In this document: piece after piece, positions 63,401 through 64,000 of the stretch | Numbering within the stretch: the first letter of the stretch is position 1 | Layout of the letters: each line of letters starts with the position of its first letter | Assembly (NCBI GenBank): GCA_964106915.2 | Contig: OZ066923.1 | Source: Podarcis gaigeae | Taxonomy: Eukaryota | Length of the DNA stretch: 64,000 bases | Reading direction: 5' to 3' (one strand) | The notes under the pieces: model-generated | The model's database searches: none | The model's input: only the letters and a program-made list of their open reading frames with translations | What the model was told of the DNA's origin: nothing | Program-made: the position numbers and the translations under genes

Positions 63401-64000
63401 GAAAGTTTGGGAAGCACTGATGTAAGCAACCATAGCAGAATTAAATGGGAAAGGAGATGATCAGTTTAAGCACAAGTCATGTAAATTATATCCCCCCCCC
63501 CATAGGTTAGTTATCTCCTCTTCCCTGGATTTAAGCACCATCTTTTAAGAAGAAATGTGTTTCTTTCTTGATAGAATTTTGCTGGGCAAACTAGAATGTT
63601 CTCATCCATGCAAAATAACTCTTGATGACAGTTCAGTCCCTACTCAAAGCTTTCTGCATCCAGTTTAACAAAAGGTAACCAATTTTATAATTTGCACATC
63701 TTATTTATGGGATGGCTTGGTTTCCACAATATTTTACACTCAAAGTACACTGTAAACAATTTAAAATCTAATTGGGAGGTACCCTTTGTGTAAATACATT
63801 AAAGAGAAAAAATTAAATAATGTTCCAGTTTGAGGGCTACTTTGTTATTTCCCGTTTTCTCAAAGTGAATGTAGATTTGATTTCCTCCAAGATTTTTCTA
63901 CTGAAGTAGAAGAGTTCTGTTTTATATATTAAAAACACCCCCCCCCCGACATGTAATTCCAGTATTACTCAGTCTGGAGTTACTCCTTGCAAATGCATAA

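Larger units (their letters stand above)
56540..63830 (+). other. FGD4: Putative long FGD4 3' UTR with several candidate polyadenylation signals
   Basis: AT-rich and almost free of interspersed repeats compared with the introns. AATAAA occurs at 56728, 60641, 61495 and 62790. ATTAAA occurs at 63798 and 63812, followed by a U-rich tract. The true 3' end cannot be fixed from sequence alone. Confidence 0.5.

Overview
Vertebrate genomic DNA, almost certainly a squamate reptile (probably a lacertid lizard, inferred from many Sauria-type SINEs with (ACCTTT)n tails). One + strand gene dominates the window: FGD4 (Frabin, a Cdc42 GEF with actin-binding N-terminus, DH, PH, FYVE and PH domains). I reconstructed 16 phase-consistent GT-AG exons between 21277 and 56539. 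The classical MEE.. start at 29330 gives a 2277-nt CDS (758 aa). A candidate alternative first coding exon ending at 13440 would give an 851-aa form. A long 3' UTR probably follows, possibly to about 63.8 kb. The introns carry Sauria SINEs, L1, L2, CR1, RTE and Penelope fragments, hAT MITEs and Tc1/pogo-like MITEs, many with readable target-site duplications (TSDs). The most notable items are: (1) an intact-looking 1.67-kb non-coding poly(A) retroposon with L1 hallmarks but no long ORF; (2) an internal L1 ORF2 fragment with a TSD but no poly(A); (3) overlapping inverted-repeat pairs around the DH/PH exons, one bracketing a stop-free 345-nt exon block; (4) a 57-bp-stem Penelope-derived hairpin. 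No prokaryotic features, CRISPR arrays, rRNA genes or bona fide tRNA genes were seen. Repeat family names come from recognition, not from a database search.
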